This document shows, in pieces, positions 33,850 through 44,534 of a stretch of 53,983 nt of DNA. Numbering within the stretch: the stretch's first letter is position 1; the number at the start of each line of letters is the position of its first letter. Position numbers and translations under genes: made by a program. Location of the stretch: contig JAADVB010000118.1 of the NCBI GenBank assembly GCA_023334545.1, positions 1 to 53,983 on the forward strand. The letters are read 5' to 3'. The DNA is from Salisapilia sapeloensis CBS 127946. Its lineage: Eukaryota > Protista > Oomycota. Below the pieces are notes generated by a model, which saw only the letters and a program-made list of their open reading frames with translations, ran no database searches and was not told the origin of the DNA.

Positions 33850-33992
33850 TGCCCTAGGGTATCTTTCCACTATCCTCGATCCTACTCGTACAATCCGTGT
33901 GTCACGTCTTTCCCTGACTAGTTAAGCAACTTGTGAAAGCGAAAGAAGTATGATTTGTATTGTTTAATCGGATAGGAAGCTGGTGTGGAAGA

Positions 33993-36264
33993 CTACATAG
34001 GGCTGTGCCACACCTCTTCGCACTGGTAGGCCTTGGGCGTCAGCTGGATGACCTTGTGCAGCGGAATGTTGATCGTTGGGCACTCGGCTGGACTCTTGTT
34101 CGTTAAGTACGCGTACAAGACCCTAAGGATCGCCTGGTGGGCGATGATCAGCACCGGCTGGTCCATTCGCATGAGCTCTGTGATCACCGGCTCTAGGCGA
34201 TGGATGACGTCCTGATACGACTCCCCACGCGGATACCGATAGTAGAGCTTATTGTTCTTCCTCGCAACATACTCCTCTGGCATATCCTCCGCCACCTGCT
34301 CGTATGTCAGTCCGTCGCAGATCCCGGCATCGATCTCGTCCAGCTGCTTCCACTTGACGACCGACCGGCCCCTCGCAGCAATGCGCTCGACTGTCATGCC
34401 CGTCCGGAGCATCGTCGACGTCCACACCGCGAGCTCCGTGTCCGGTGCAGGGTAGTACGCGTCGATGAATCTATCCAGCTGCATGGCGTACTGGATGCCA
34501 AGTGGACTCAAGGGCGCGTCTCCTCCGATACGCTTCTGCGTATTGTACATGCTCTCGCCGTGTCGGCTGAGCCATATTGGTCGAGGACGCAGCTGTAGAT
34601 TCGCCATCAAGAACATGATGCGCGACTGGAGGTAGCCGTACACCTGGTTGCAAAAGATCTGGCGGCCAACGTCCATGACTTTAATGAACGGCACGTCCTC
34701 CTTCTTACTACTCAGCGGCTCGTAGACGCTCTCGTACTGAAGGATGCGCTTGCTATAGTCCTTGGCAGCCTGCTCCATCGTCTGCGCCGCATAGTCCTCC
34801 GAGTGGAGCTTCATCTCGTTGATCGAAGACGCAATGAGCTCTGGCGCGTCACAAATGCTTTCGATGAACATGACCGCACACTTAAAGCGCGCTTGGACCT
34901 CCTGTCGCAGCATCTCCCGACGCTCTTGCGTCGCATTCGTAGCGTCGTACACGACGCAGTCGCATTCATCCTGCTCCAACGCCGCGATGGAGTCCTTGAG
35001 GCAGTGCATCGCCAACTCCGATCGTATCTCCTGCGACTCTTTATTCAGCGGATTCCAGAACTCATGATTGACGTTCGACCCCAAGAGCTGTCGACGGTAC
35101 TCTCCCGTGCTAAAGACCTTGGCCTGGTGCCCCATCCAGGTCAAGTGCCTCGCGAGAATATTCCCGATGAACGTCTTGCCACGACCTGGGAGACCGACGA
35201 GGAAGATGATCAGCTTACCACTGCGTCGAGCAGTGGCTGTCGTGCCTTCGTTCGGGACGGTCATGAGAGACCGGTGGCCGCCTTGCTCTGCTCGCTGACT
35301 ATGCTCCTGCGTACGCAGGTCGCCGCCAAAGTGCTGCGTCGTGGCGGCTAAGAGCACGGAGCTTGAGGCTCGAGGCGACGCACGAGAGTTGCTGTACTTG
35401 TCCTGAGATAAAGACGTCTGCACACTCGGCGCCGGGATGCCACTCGAGGCGCCAGTGCTCATGTTGGTCGCACTCGCCTTCTTCACGAGCGACTCTTCAC
35501 TCCGAGAGCGCAGGAGACCGCTGCTGGAGCGACGTCGAGCGCCGTGTTGGCTGCCTTCGGACGTATCGACGTCAAGGCCGTACTCTGCGTCCCCTGCTGG
35601 CTCCTTTGGCGACCTCAGCGGCGTCACTGGCGTGCTGACTTCGACTTCGGTGACGTTTTCTAAAGATAAGGACGCAAGAGGCGGCGAACGCTTGTTCACT
35701 TGCCTCGTACGCGAAGGAGACTTCTTCTCGAGCACAGCCAAGAGCTCATCTGTCGCCGTCGGATTCATGACCGGGAGACCGTGCTCACTGTCGCGAAGCA
35801 TCGTGCGCGTCGGACGCTGCTCCTGTGCATCATCCGCCATGGACACCACGGTTAAAAAGTTGTTCAGATTGCCATACTCATCCGGTGCGAACGTGATCTC
35901 CGGGTCGTACTTCCACGCGCCGTCGATGCAGAACTTGAAAAAGTGGGTGCCAGGAGGCAGATACAGACGCACGCTATGCGTCACGCCCTCGTCTCCATCT
36001 GACGTCTCGAGCGTAATCTGAGATCCCCAACTAGTAGGCTCGACATTAGATCTAGGGATACTAGTAGATACGAGGAGAGTACTTGTTAAAGGAGCCCGTG
36101 AGGCCGACGGTCGTGCCGCTCTGGTGCCACTCGAAGCGCACTGGGAAGCGATCTGGTCCGGCAGATAAAAAGTCCTCTGTCGCCGTCTGGCCAGTCACCT
36201 GCTCTCGTATCATGTCCGCGGCAGCTCGCGTCGCCTCCGTCGAGTTGGGCGCCGAGGAGCTCAT
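33993..36264 (-). CDS. 6-phosphofructo-2-kinase/fructose-2,6-bisphosphatase with N-terminal CBM48/AMPK-beta-like carbohydrate-binding module (2 exons)
   Basis: Kinase P-loop VGLPGRGKT, YDATN, phosphatase LSRHGES and RYPRGESY. N-terminal VRFEW..VGLTGSFNNW..L..G.H.FKFCIDGAWKYDP..DEYGNLNNFL. One intron at ~36031-36082. Confidence 0.95.
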
Positions 36265-36398
36265 TCGTATCGACTCGAGTCGCGTGCGGTCGACGTCGAG
36301 CTCTGGATCTCGTTTTATTACGTCCTTTTCACCGCATCTTCCACAAAACCAGCGACACGACACGTACACCTCATAGCGCCCGCGATCCGCCTCGTATC
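36265..36398. promoter_or_regulatory. Putative bidirectional promoter region (134 bp)
   Basis: Lies between the divergent PFK2/FBPase2 (36264) and AP-4 mu (36399) start codons. The call is positional only. Confidence 0.45.
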
Positions 36399-37736
36399 AT
36401 GTCGTCCATCTCGCAGTTCTACATCCTATCGACGAGGGGAGATACCATCATCTTCAGTGACTTCCGAGGCGACGTCGACGGCTCCTCCGCCGAAGTCTTC
36501 TTCCGCAAAGTCAAGTTCTGGGAAAGTGGCGATGCGCCCCCGAGCTTTAACGTCGACGGCGTCAACTACCTCTTCGTTAAGAAGAACGGACTCTACTTTG
36601 TCGCAACCACGAGGTTCAACGTCAGTCCCTCCTACATTTTAGAACTGCTATCGAGGCTCTGCCGCGTCTTTAAAGACTACTGCGGGGTGCTGTCGGAAGA
36701 AACGCTACGGAAAAACTTTATCTTGTGCTACGAGCTCCTGGATGAAACGCTAGACTACGGATATGCGCAGGACACGAGTACAGAGGGACTGAAAGTCCAC
36801 GTACACAACGAAGCCGTCTTGGTCGGAGACGCCGTGGCCGCCAAAGGCAAGCCTGGCGCCAAGTTCATCAACCGGAACTCGAACATCAAGGCTGCTTCGG
36901 CCGTCAAGAAGCCCGTTTCAACCGGCCACGGGAAGAAGCAGGACGAGAACGAGCTCTTCTGCGACATCCTCGAGCGCCTCAATGTCGTCTTCAGCAGCGG
37001 CGGCCAGATGCTCAACGCGTCCATCGAAGGCCGGATTCAGCTCAAGAGCTACTTGAGCGGCAACCCAGAGCTCCGCCTAGCGCTCAACGAAGACCTCGTC
37101 ATCGGCGGAGGCAACGGACCGAGGGCGTATGGACAAGTAGTGCTCGACGACTGCAACTTCCACGACTGCGTCCAGCTCGATGAGTTCGAGCGTGACCGTG
37201 TGCTCATCTTCCAACCGCCCGACGGAGAGTTCACCGTCACCAACTACCGCATCACAGGAGACTTCCGCGCGCCCTTCCGCATCTTTCCGTACGTCGAGGA
37301 GCTGTCTCCAACGAAAATCGAAATGGTCCTCAAGATCCGAGCGGACATGCCAGAGAACAACTACGGCGCCAACGTCATCATCCGCTTTCCCGTCCCGCAG
37401 TCTACCGTCTCGGTGTCCTGTGACATCGGGAAGAACGCGGCGGGCCAGTTGGCAGAGTATCGAGAGAACGAGAGCCAAGTGCGTTGGGCAATCAAACGCT
37501 TCTCCGGCGGCTCGGAACTGACGCTGCGTGCCAAGATCACGCTCGGCAGTCCGTCGCCCCATGTGCGCCGGGAAATCGGCCCCGTGAGCATGAACTTTGA
37601 GATCCCCATGTACAACACGTCGAGCCTCCAAGTGCGCTACTTGCGCATCCCGGAGCACGCGCGCCATCCCAACTACCAGTACAAGCGCTGGGTGCGCTAC
37701 GTGACGCAAAGCAGCTCGTACATTTGCCGCATCTAA
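36399..37736 (+). CDS. AP4M1: AP-4 adaptor complex subunit mu
   Basis: ISQFYILSTRGDTII..FFRKVKFW..PP.FNVDGVNY..NVSPS..LEL..KDYCGVLSEE.LRKNF. Mu-homology domain NELFCDILERL, FQPPDGEF, RWVRYVT. Confidence 0.95.
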   Translation: MSSISQFYILSTRGDTIIFSDFRGDVDGSSAEVFFRKVKFWESGDAPPSFNVDGVNYLFVKKNGLYFVATTRFNVSPSYILELLSRLCRVFKDYCGVLSEETLRKNFILCYELLDETLDYGYAQDTSTEGLKVHVHNEAVLVGDAVAAKGKPGAKFINRNSNIKAASAVKKPVSTGHGKKQDENELFCDILERLNVVFSSGGQMLNASIEGRIQLKSYLSGNPELRLALNEDLVIGGGNGPRAYGQVVLDDCNFHDCVQLDEFERDRVLIFQPPDGEFTVTNYRITGDFRAPFRIFPYVEELSPTKIEMVLKIRADMPENNYGANVIIRFPVPQSTVSVSCDIGKNAAGQLAEYRENESQVRWAIKRFSGGSELTLRAKITLGSPSPHVRREIGPVSMNFEIPMYNTSSLQVRYLRIPEHARHPNYQYKRWVRYVTQSSSYICRI

Positions 37737-37788
37737 GTCCAATTTCTTTCGTTTTGCCATCTTTTCTTTATTCTCTTTTCTTTTCTCC

Positions 37789-38409
37789 CTACGCCATCGA
37801 CGAGGCATGCGTCGTCAAGTCCGTCAGGATGTCGCACAGACGCTTGTGGTTGTGGACGCGAGACGCGTACCGGTCTTCCGTCAGCTTGAGCCGGTCCTTG
37901 TTCGGCTGGTAGCGAGGGCCGGCGAGCTGCTTGACCACGTCCTTCTGGGCGGAAGACAGACCGACGAAGCACGACATAGGCACGTGCATGATCACCTTGG
38001 TGTCGAAAGTCGTCTTGTCTTCAATGTACAGTCGATCGTCAAAGTCCTCCAGGTTGTAGTTCATCTCGAGCTCGATCGCCGATCCGTCGAACGACGAGTG
38101 GATCTGTTGCTGCCACGAGTCGTCCAAGAGCATCGTGAAGTCGTGGAAGATCTCGAGCTTTTCCACCTCGTGCTTCATCGCGTCGTCAAAGTTGGACGGA
38201 AAGTCTTCGTCCCAGTACGCCGGGTTCTCAAACGTCTCGACTTCACGCTTCTCCGCCTCTGGCTGTGCAAACGAGAACAGTTTCAAACCGCTCTTCTCGT
38301 CATCCTGCTGCTGCTGCTGCGTGACGTCCACTACTGGTTCCGTTGGTCGAGTCGAAAAAGCACGCACACAACGCTTGCTTGAGCGCTTGGCGACCTGAGC
38401 CAGCATCAT
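37789..38409 (-). CDS. Mitochondrial small-subunit ribosomal protein mS35 (MRP-S28/Rsm24 domain)
   Basis: Presequence-like N-terminus. KVIMHVPM..LS..QK..V.QLAGPRY..LKLTEDRY..N..L..IL.DL matches the mS35 core. Confidence 0.8.
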   Translation of the reverse strand: MMLAQVAKRSSKRCVRAFSTRPTEPVVDVTQQQQQDDEKSGLKLFSFAQPEAEKREVETFENPAYWDEDFPSNFDDAMKHEVEKLEIFHDFTMLLDDSWQQQIHSSFDGSAIELEMNYNLEDFDDRLYIEDKTTFDTKVIMHVPMSCFVGLSSAQKDVVKQLAGPRYQPNKDRLKLTEDRYASRVHNHKRLCDILTDLTTHASSMA

Positions 38410-38788
38410 CCTCTCTATTGATGGCTTGCAATGCTTCTTGTTTCTAACGGTTATCTTTCAACATAACACCCGAACACTTGGCCACATTGCATTACAATTT
38501 AGCACACGAAAAAGACTGTACACGGAGGTAGGTACATAGTATATTCAAGGTTAGAGCGGATGGTGTACAAGCTGCGGATTGAAGGGTCGAGTCCAAGTTA
38601 CCAGTAACATGTCATCATGCCTATCCGGGCTTGTCGGGGCTACAATATAGTAGCTGTTCTGCTTCTGGATGGCCTGGAGAAGCCCAAGCATGACCATGGG
38701 CAGATAAGCAGTTAATGCTTATTGACTAGCCCACAACATTCCTGGGGAGGGTGACGGAAAGAGACAAAGCTAGAAGACTGTAAATATC

Positions 38789-40471
38789 TTGCGTAGGACA
38801 GTGTATCTTCATACATTTCCTTACTTCTCTCGTTTATCTCCATCTATCTCGTTCCGAGACTCTTCCGCTAGCCTTCACTCTTCCATCATACCGTCTCGCA
38901 AGAAACTTGCCCAAGAGCACCAGTTAGAGCAACACAAATCAAACTGCTTCACTCAGAAGCATGAGAGAGTGGCGAGCGAAAATGTGACGGTCATGGCAGG
39001 CAATATCAAGCAGATTATTCGCAAAGACGGATGGAGGTCAGACAGTGTTGATGCTGCATCTCTTCAGCGTATCCTTAGAAATCTCTCCACCGTCAAAGTG
39101 AGCACTACTCTACTCAAAGAGACGCGGTTGGGCAAGATGGTGCACAAGGCTGGGAAGCACCGAGATGAAATCGTGCAAGGCTACAGCTTCAGCATAGAAA
39201 GAAAGTGGCAGCAGGAGTTCGGCTTTATGTCAAAGCAGTCTCCGTCCAACTCACTACCTTCCTCCATTCCATCGCATGGTACCAGTTACAGCCAAGGAAC
39301 CAACTAAAAGAGAACAGGCAGAAGCTCAGGCTCAAGTACGATGAAGAGCGAGATAAAAAGGCTGCTAGGAAGCTCCAGTATCTAGAAAATCCGAGGGTAA
39401 AAGTTAAGAAGCCAGCGAAAGTCTTGGTAAAGGTTGGGTTGATGATGTCGAAATGGAGCAGAAGTGCGGGTGGGAGAGTATCGGCGGGCGCCTCACGGAC
39501 ATTGACTTCCATGCCAACTAGTAATCAGAAGATAGACCCTCGTGATAGATACCTTTGTAGCATCGACATATTTGCTTCATTGATCCTATGGCAATGGTAG
39601 GATGTTCGTGGAGAACCATGCTCGACGAAAGCCAATCCTCCAGTGTGCTCGTCAAGACGTTTTAGAAGGCAAAGACTTATCCAAAAATCGATGTCCCGAC
39701 AGTCATCGAGCGATGCTGACGAAACGATCTCCTCGCTTATGTTATACAGCAGAGCTAGAGGGAGCACCGACTGCATCCGGGTGCGAAGTTGCACCAGAAG
39801 GTCCGTCCAAGTGCAATGCGTCACCGCCAGCTCCATTCAAAGGCAGTTCGATAAAGTCCAAGAAGAGTGCTTCGTACACAAGAGGACAGCGCGAGGTCGT
39901 AAAGTGGCTGCGCACTCTGTCGATGGACTTGAGTGAGCACGCGTCTACGTTCTTTAACAACGGCTTCGAATCGATGGAGGTTTTTTGGACAATCGAAAAG
40001 TCCGATCTGTCGCCGATGGTTCCCAAGATGGGATACTGCCGATTGATCCAGCAGGGTTTAAACGATTTAAAGAAGCGAAAAGCAAGCGCTAAGAAGAATG
40101 TGAAATCAAGCGTGTCAGAGCCATCGAAGCAAAAGCGGAAGTCGAATACCGTGAAGAGTGCGAAGCATAGCGTATCAGAGCCTCAAAAGCGGAAGCGGAT
40201 TAACTATGACTTGTACGGAGAGTTCGAGAGCGACGATACTTTCGTGGTGGACGACTTGGACGAAAGATACCAACCGGGTGCGGCCACAAAGATGATTCAG
40301 AAGGGCCGTAGGATGCCTACGTACGACTCGTAAGATTTGAGTGATATGGAAGCTTCGTTTGCGGACATTCAGAGAGAAGAGGTCAAGAGCTCGAAAGTGG
40401 GTGAGTTGGAAGATTACCAGAAAGAGATACGGAACAAGAGGTTGGCCAAGAGAAAGAAGGCTTATGCCTAG
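38789..40471 (+). pseudogene. Disabled TFIIS-N/LW + SAM + SPT2-C chromatin protein gene
   Basis: TFIIS-N-like LRNLSTVKVSTTLLKETRLGKMV..H..KW, SAM-like VVKWLRTL..F..GF..DL..MG..I..GL, and SPT2-like DDTFVVDD..YDS*DLSDMEASFADIQREE..S..GELED. Broken by a frame change near 39300, a break near 39590-39600 and an in-frame TAA at 40331-40333. Confidence 0.72.
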
Positions 40472-41616
40472 GATTATTTAATTTCGCGTAAGATCATCCA
40501 TTAAGATTTATGAATCCAAGTCACCTACTTCTTCCTTATCTAGTTTATCCTTACAGTCTTGACTAGTCGACTATGGCGAGGGTGCCGATTAATATGGCGT
40601 CTGAACCTCGTGTGATGAAGTTGATGATATCAGTGATGAATATCGAAGTGGAAGTAGCAACGCTCGTTCGTGTCTAGTACGCTGTAGACCTACTTATCTC
40701 TATAGACTTCCGAATGTAGAAGGGATTTAAGTCGACGAAGAGATTGCTCAATCAGAGATGACTGCCCAGGGGACAAAGAGTAGATACTTGGATTTGCAAG
40801 TAGTGCATAGTAGATACGGGCGGAGGTAGATGTGAAATGAACGACTCACAGATTGTAGCAGGCAAATAGTGTGCGGTGAGAAAGCATCGTAGTATTTAAC
40901 ATTGCATCTGCCAAGGTAAATAAAGTAAATGGAAGTGGAATGAATACTACAATCGCGACTAAAGCCGAGGAAGATGAGGGGGACTACCACCAGATATTTG
41001 CAAATGTTCACACATAGCAATTTGGGTATTTTTTTCCAGTTTTATGTGTTTTTCACCTTCATTCACGTTTTCCAACCAAACAGCACCAAGACGAGCATCA
41101 TGGTCTCTATCCATGACCAATCTATGCTTTATAAGGCCCTGTGCAATAGCAATATAGGTAGAGAATGCAACGGAAGAGCGGTGGATGTGTCTAGTTTCTA
41201 AGAGAACGAAGGAGCTGTATTGGAGACAGAAGGCGATGGGACCAGTGGACCCACGAGCGACACTCGAAAGGGGCCGTCTATTAATTATGCTAGCGCTCTT
41301 CAAGACAAGAGCACCGGGATCACGGGATCCATGATCAGTCCAGAAGGAGGTGAAGGTATTCACATCGCGGCGTGTGGACATGGTCGTCCATGGCCATCAA
41401 TCCGTTTCTACGTACGACTCGTCCGAGAGATATCAAACGCTGTTTCTCATCTCTTGCTAGTCGCATCCATCCTCTTCATTCACATTCTCTCCTTGCTACG
41501 TACTACTCCTGCGTCTCGAGGCTCGTAGACGACAGGAATAAGCTGTAGCTACATGTCTTGCTACAAATACAAATTGCATACTTTATCCAAGTCAAATTAT
41601 TTTTACATTGTACGAC

Positions 41617-42337
41617 ATGAGTGCCCTGCCACCGACGCAGGCGACGCAGTGTCCGTTGCTATCGGACCAGCAGCACTTGATCGACGCTCTTGGGTACGTC
41701 GACACCGAGTACAATGACCCGAGCGTCCAGCGCCAAGTCCAACAGCAGATCCGAGCGGAAATGACGCGCTTCCAGCCACCGGCGGACCAGTACCTCGGCT
41801 TTTTGCCCGACTACGCGCCTACTTTTGTCGACCATCCTCTTCTCCAACGTGAATACGAGCGCGTAAGTGCCGGCCAAGCTCTGGACGCAATTGACACGAG
41901 TCGGTACAATGGTCTACCTCCTCCTAACGAAGCTGCAGACCAAGTGGAGGCGTGGGAAAAAGCTCTCAACGACCTCCGCATGAGCGTCGAGCATGATCAC
42001 AACCAGTATTTTATCTTATATAAATAGGAAGAGAATGAGTACTAAGGTATGTATTTGTAGAGTGCTGAATTTGGAACTGCTGCAGGCTTACGGGAGTCGG
42101 CGTTGGAAGGTCCGGAACGCCTTGCTGGATGGGCTCGTGAGTCGGTCCAAGCAGCTCGTATCGAGTACGCAAGAAGCTTGTGACAGCATCAACCTTAAGC
42201 GGAAGCGAGACCAGGAGTTGAACGCGAGCAAGATGGCCGAGTATCAAAGCAAAGTCGACGAGCTCCTTGTGAAGAACCAACAGATACAGGCTGCTTGCCT
42301 CCGCGTCGGGACGTCCAAAGCACGAAAGACCGAGTGA
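41617..42337 (+). CDS. BCAS2: Pre-mRNA splicing factor SPF27 (Prp19 complex), 2 exons
   Basis: IDALGYVD..V...I..EM, IDTSRY..P, AW..A, H..QVLNLELL.AYG...W, IN.KRK..Q. Intron 42006-42060. Confidence 0.92.
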
Positions 42338-42442
42338 AAGGAGTAACACATTGAGCGTTCCGATTCTTTCTTCCATCTAATTCCTAAGCATTTTCCGCCT
42401 CCGTTCCAAAATGTACAAAAAGGTACTCGACCAGAGCAAAGC

Positions 42443-44487
42443 CTAGACCGCCGCCCCACTTGCAGCCGTCCCTGGCACCGGCGTCTCGGCACTCGACCCA
42501 GATGCAGTCGTCGTATCCTTTGTCGTAGAGCTGGTCGTATCCTTGGTCGTAGAGCTGGTCGTGCTAGCTTCCGTCGAAGCTTGAGTAGACCCCGCCTGGT
42601 CGTCGGTACTGCCGCTGTCGTCTCCTCCCGAGACTGTAGACTTGAAGCACGGAATGATGCCGTTGCCCTTGAGCTTCTTGAGCCCCTTGGCGTAGTCCTT
42701 ATTGTAGTCCTCCCACTTGTCCGTAGCGTAGAGTCCAAAGTGCCACGGATCATCTGGGTTGTACTTGTCGTTAAAGTCGTACTCGCCGTCGGGGTTGAGC
42801 GCCCAGGAGAAGCCTCCTGTCATGTTGTGCTTGTCGGCGTACTCGATCAGGATGTCGATGACTCTCGTACTCGTCTTGCCCTTGAGCAACTCTGCTTCGC
42901 CGTAGATGCCGCCGAACTCGCCGTAGAAGGTCGGGATGCCTGACGAGGCCATCGTGTCTCCGAACGCCTTGTCCAGCACCGCTTCGACAGCCGACTTGAG
43001 CAGAGCAGAGCCCTCGTCCGTGTCTGGGAACTCTGTGACCTCGACGCTTCCGTCGGAGTTGGACTTTTGCTTTTCGAAAAAGTAGGCCGTCGGGTAGACG
43101 CTCGGGGAGTAAAAGTGCGGCGCGAAGACAACCTTGTCCGGGATGTCGAGCTTGATCGGGTTGAGAGAAGCGTTCTGGAGACTGGCGCCGTACCAGTCGT
43201 TGTAGGTGGCGTTCTTGCCGTTGATCTCGGCCGTCTCGTCCGTCGCGTAGAGGCCTTCGACGACGATGAGCCAGTTGGGGCAGATGCCGAGGATGGCGTT
43301 CCCGATCTCCTCCACGGCCCGCGGCCAGTTCTTGTCTTTGTCGCAGTACGAGTCGTCGTCGTCTGCCGGCCAGCAGCCGCCCACGGGCTCGTTCTTGATG
43401 TCGAGGCCGATGATGTTGTACTGCAAGTCGTTGCACAGCTCCGTCGCGAGCGTCTTGTACATCTTGAGCATCTTCTTGAACGGGTACTTTTTCGTGTACC
43501 ACAGATGCTCGGACGTGTCTTCCTTGAACTCGGGGTCGATCTTGTGGATGTCCAGCAAGACGGCGATCTGCTGCTTGGCGAGGCCTTGGACGATCACTCG
43601 GATCATGTCCATGTACGAGTTCACGTTCAGGTCTCTCGCGGCAGGGGACACAAAGTCCTTGGTGTCTGGCTTGGAGTTCTCGATGATCATCTTGGCGTTC
43701 AGAGGCAGGCGGACGGCGTTGATGTCCATCTTGGCGAGCTTCTTGGCGAGCGTGTCCAGGTCCGTCTGGCCCATGGCGAGGCCGTGTGGCACGCCCTCCT
43801 TGTTCTCCATGCCGCTCCAGTTGATGCCAGTGAAGTGGACCTCGTGCTTTTCATTCTTGTCGCCGCCAGTCGCGTAGAGCTTGCCTTCGTCCGTCACGTA
43901 GTTTGGCAAGGTGCAGATTTTAATCGGAATCGACGTATGGTTGGCCCCTCGTCCTGATAGCGGCCCTAGAATCTCTTCCGAAAGCTCCACCTGCTCCTGC
44001 GTGTCCTCGTACTTTTCAACCGCAAAGTACGTGATGGCACTCAGAGCCGCCGCCGAGATGAGCAGCAGGAGCAGCGCACCTGGCCACACGACCTTGCGGC
44101 CAGAGTACGAGTGCTTGGTCGCAGCACCGGGATGGTCGTCTTCTCCCAAGGCGCCGATCGTGATATCCTGATGCCCGCCCTGAGTCGCCACGACGGTCGC
44201 TCGCCCCGTGGCCGTGGGTCGCATGAGCCCCGAGTCAGCTCCTGCGCTATCCATGTACCCTCCATACTCGTCCGTGTCCTTCCAGACGGTGCCTCCATTC
44301 CCAGGAGACGCCGGCGGAGGCATATTGGTCGAAGCAGAGGAGCGTCGAGAGGGTGAGTCGACGAACATGTCGAAAGGAGGAATAGTGGATTCGAAGCTCT
44401 CGTCAGCGCTGGCTTTTGATAGGCTTCCAAAGACATACAAACGATAGGATAGACATACTCGACTCTAGTCACTGCATCTAGTACCAT
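42443..44487 (-). CDS. Type II membrane-anchored GH5 endo-beta-glucanase (cellulase-like)
   Basis: FTGINWSGME, NAVRLPL, VLLDIH, acid/base DIKNEP, VFAPHFY, nucleophile GEFGG, FSWALNP. Single TM helix near residue 130. A probable 29-nt first exon (MVLDAVTRV, from 44487) and a 50-nt GT-AG intron. Confidence 0.92.
42510..42562. repeat. 24-nt coding tandem repeat (TTKDTTSS x2) in the GH5 Ser/Thr tail
   Basis: GTCGTATCCTTTGTCGTAGAGCTG / GTCGTATCCTTGGTCGTAGAGCTG / GTCGT. Confidence 0.85.
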
Positions 44488-44534
44488 CCGACACGATACA
44501 ACACATGCTCCATGTCCTGTCCATTTGCCTAGAT

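Noticed and set aside
34033-38382. Long antisense or alternate-frame ORFs over PFK2, AP4M1 and mS35 (e.g. 35437-36021, 37077-37808, 37807-38382)
   Set aside because: Shadow ORFs expected from GC3-rich codon usage on the coding strand, with no recognisable motifs.
38540-38700. Short minus-strand ORF MVMLGLLQAIQKQNSYY...
   Set aside because: About 50 codons, with no motif or supporting splice structure.
40328-40353. GTAAG after TAC GAC TC as an intron removing the SPT2 stop
   Set aside because: The available AGs give 12-23-nt introns, far below the 48-69 nt seen here, and splicing would delete conserved DLSDME residues.
42581-43957. Plus-strand and alternate-frame ORFs over the GH5 gene (43067-43957, 42771-43502)
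   Set aside because: Same shadow-ORF effect. The GH5 frame carries all the catalytic motifs.
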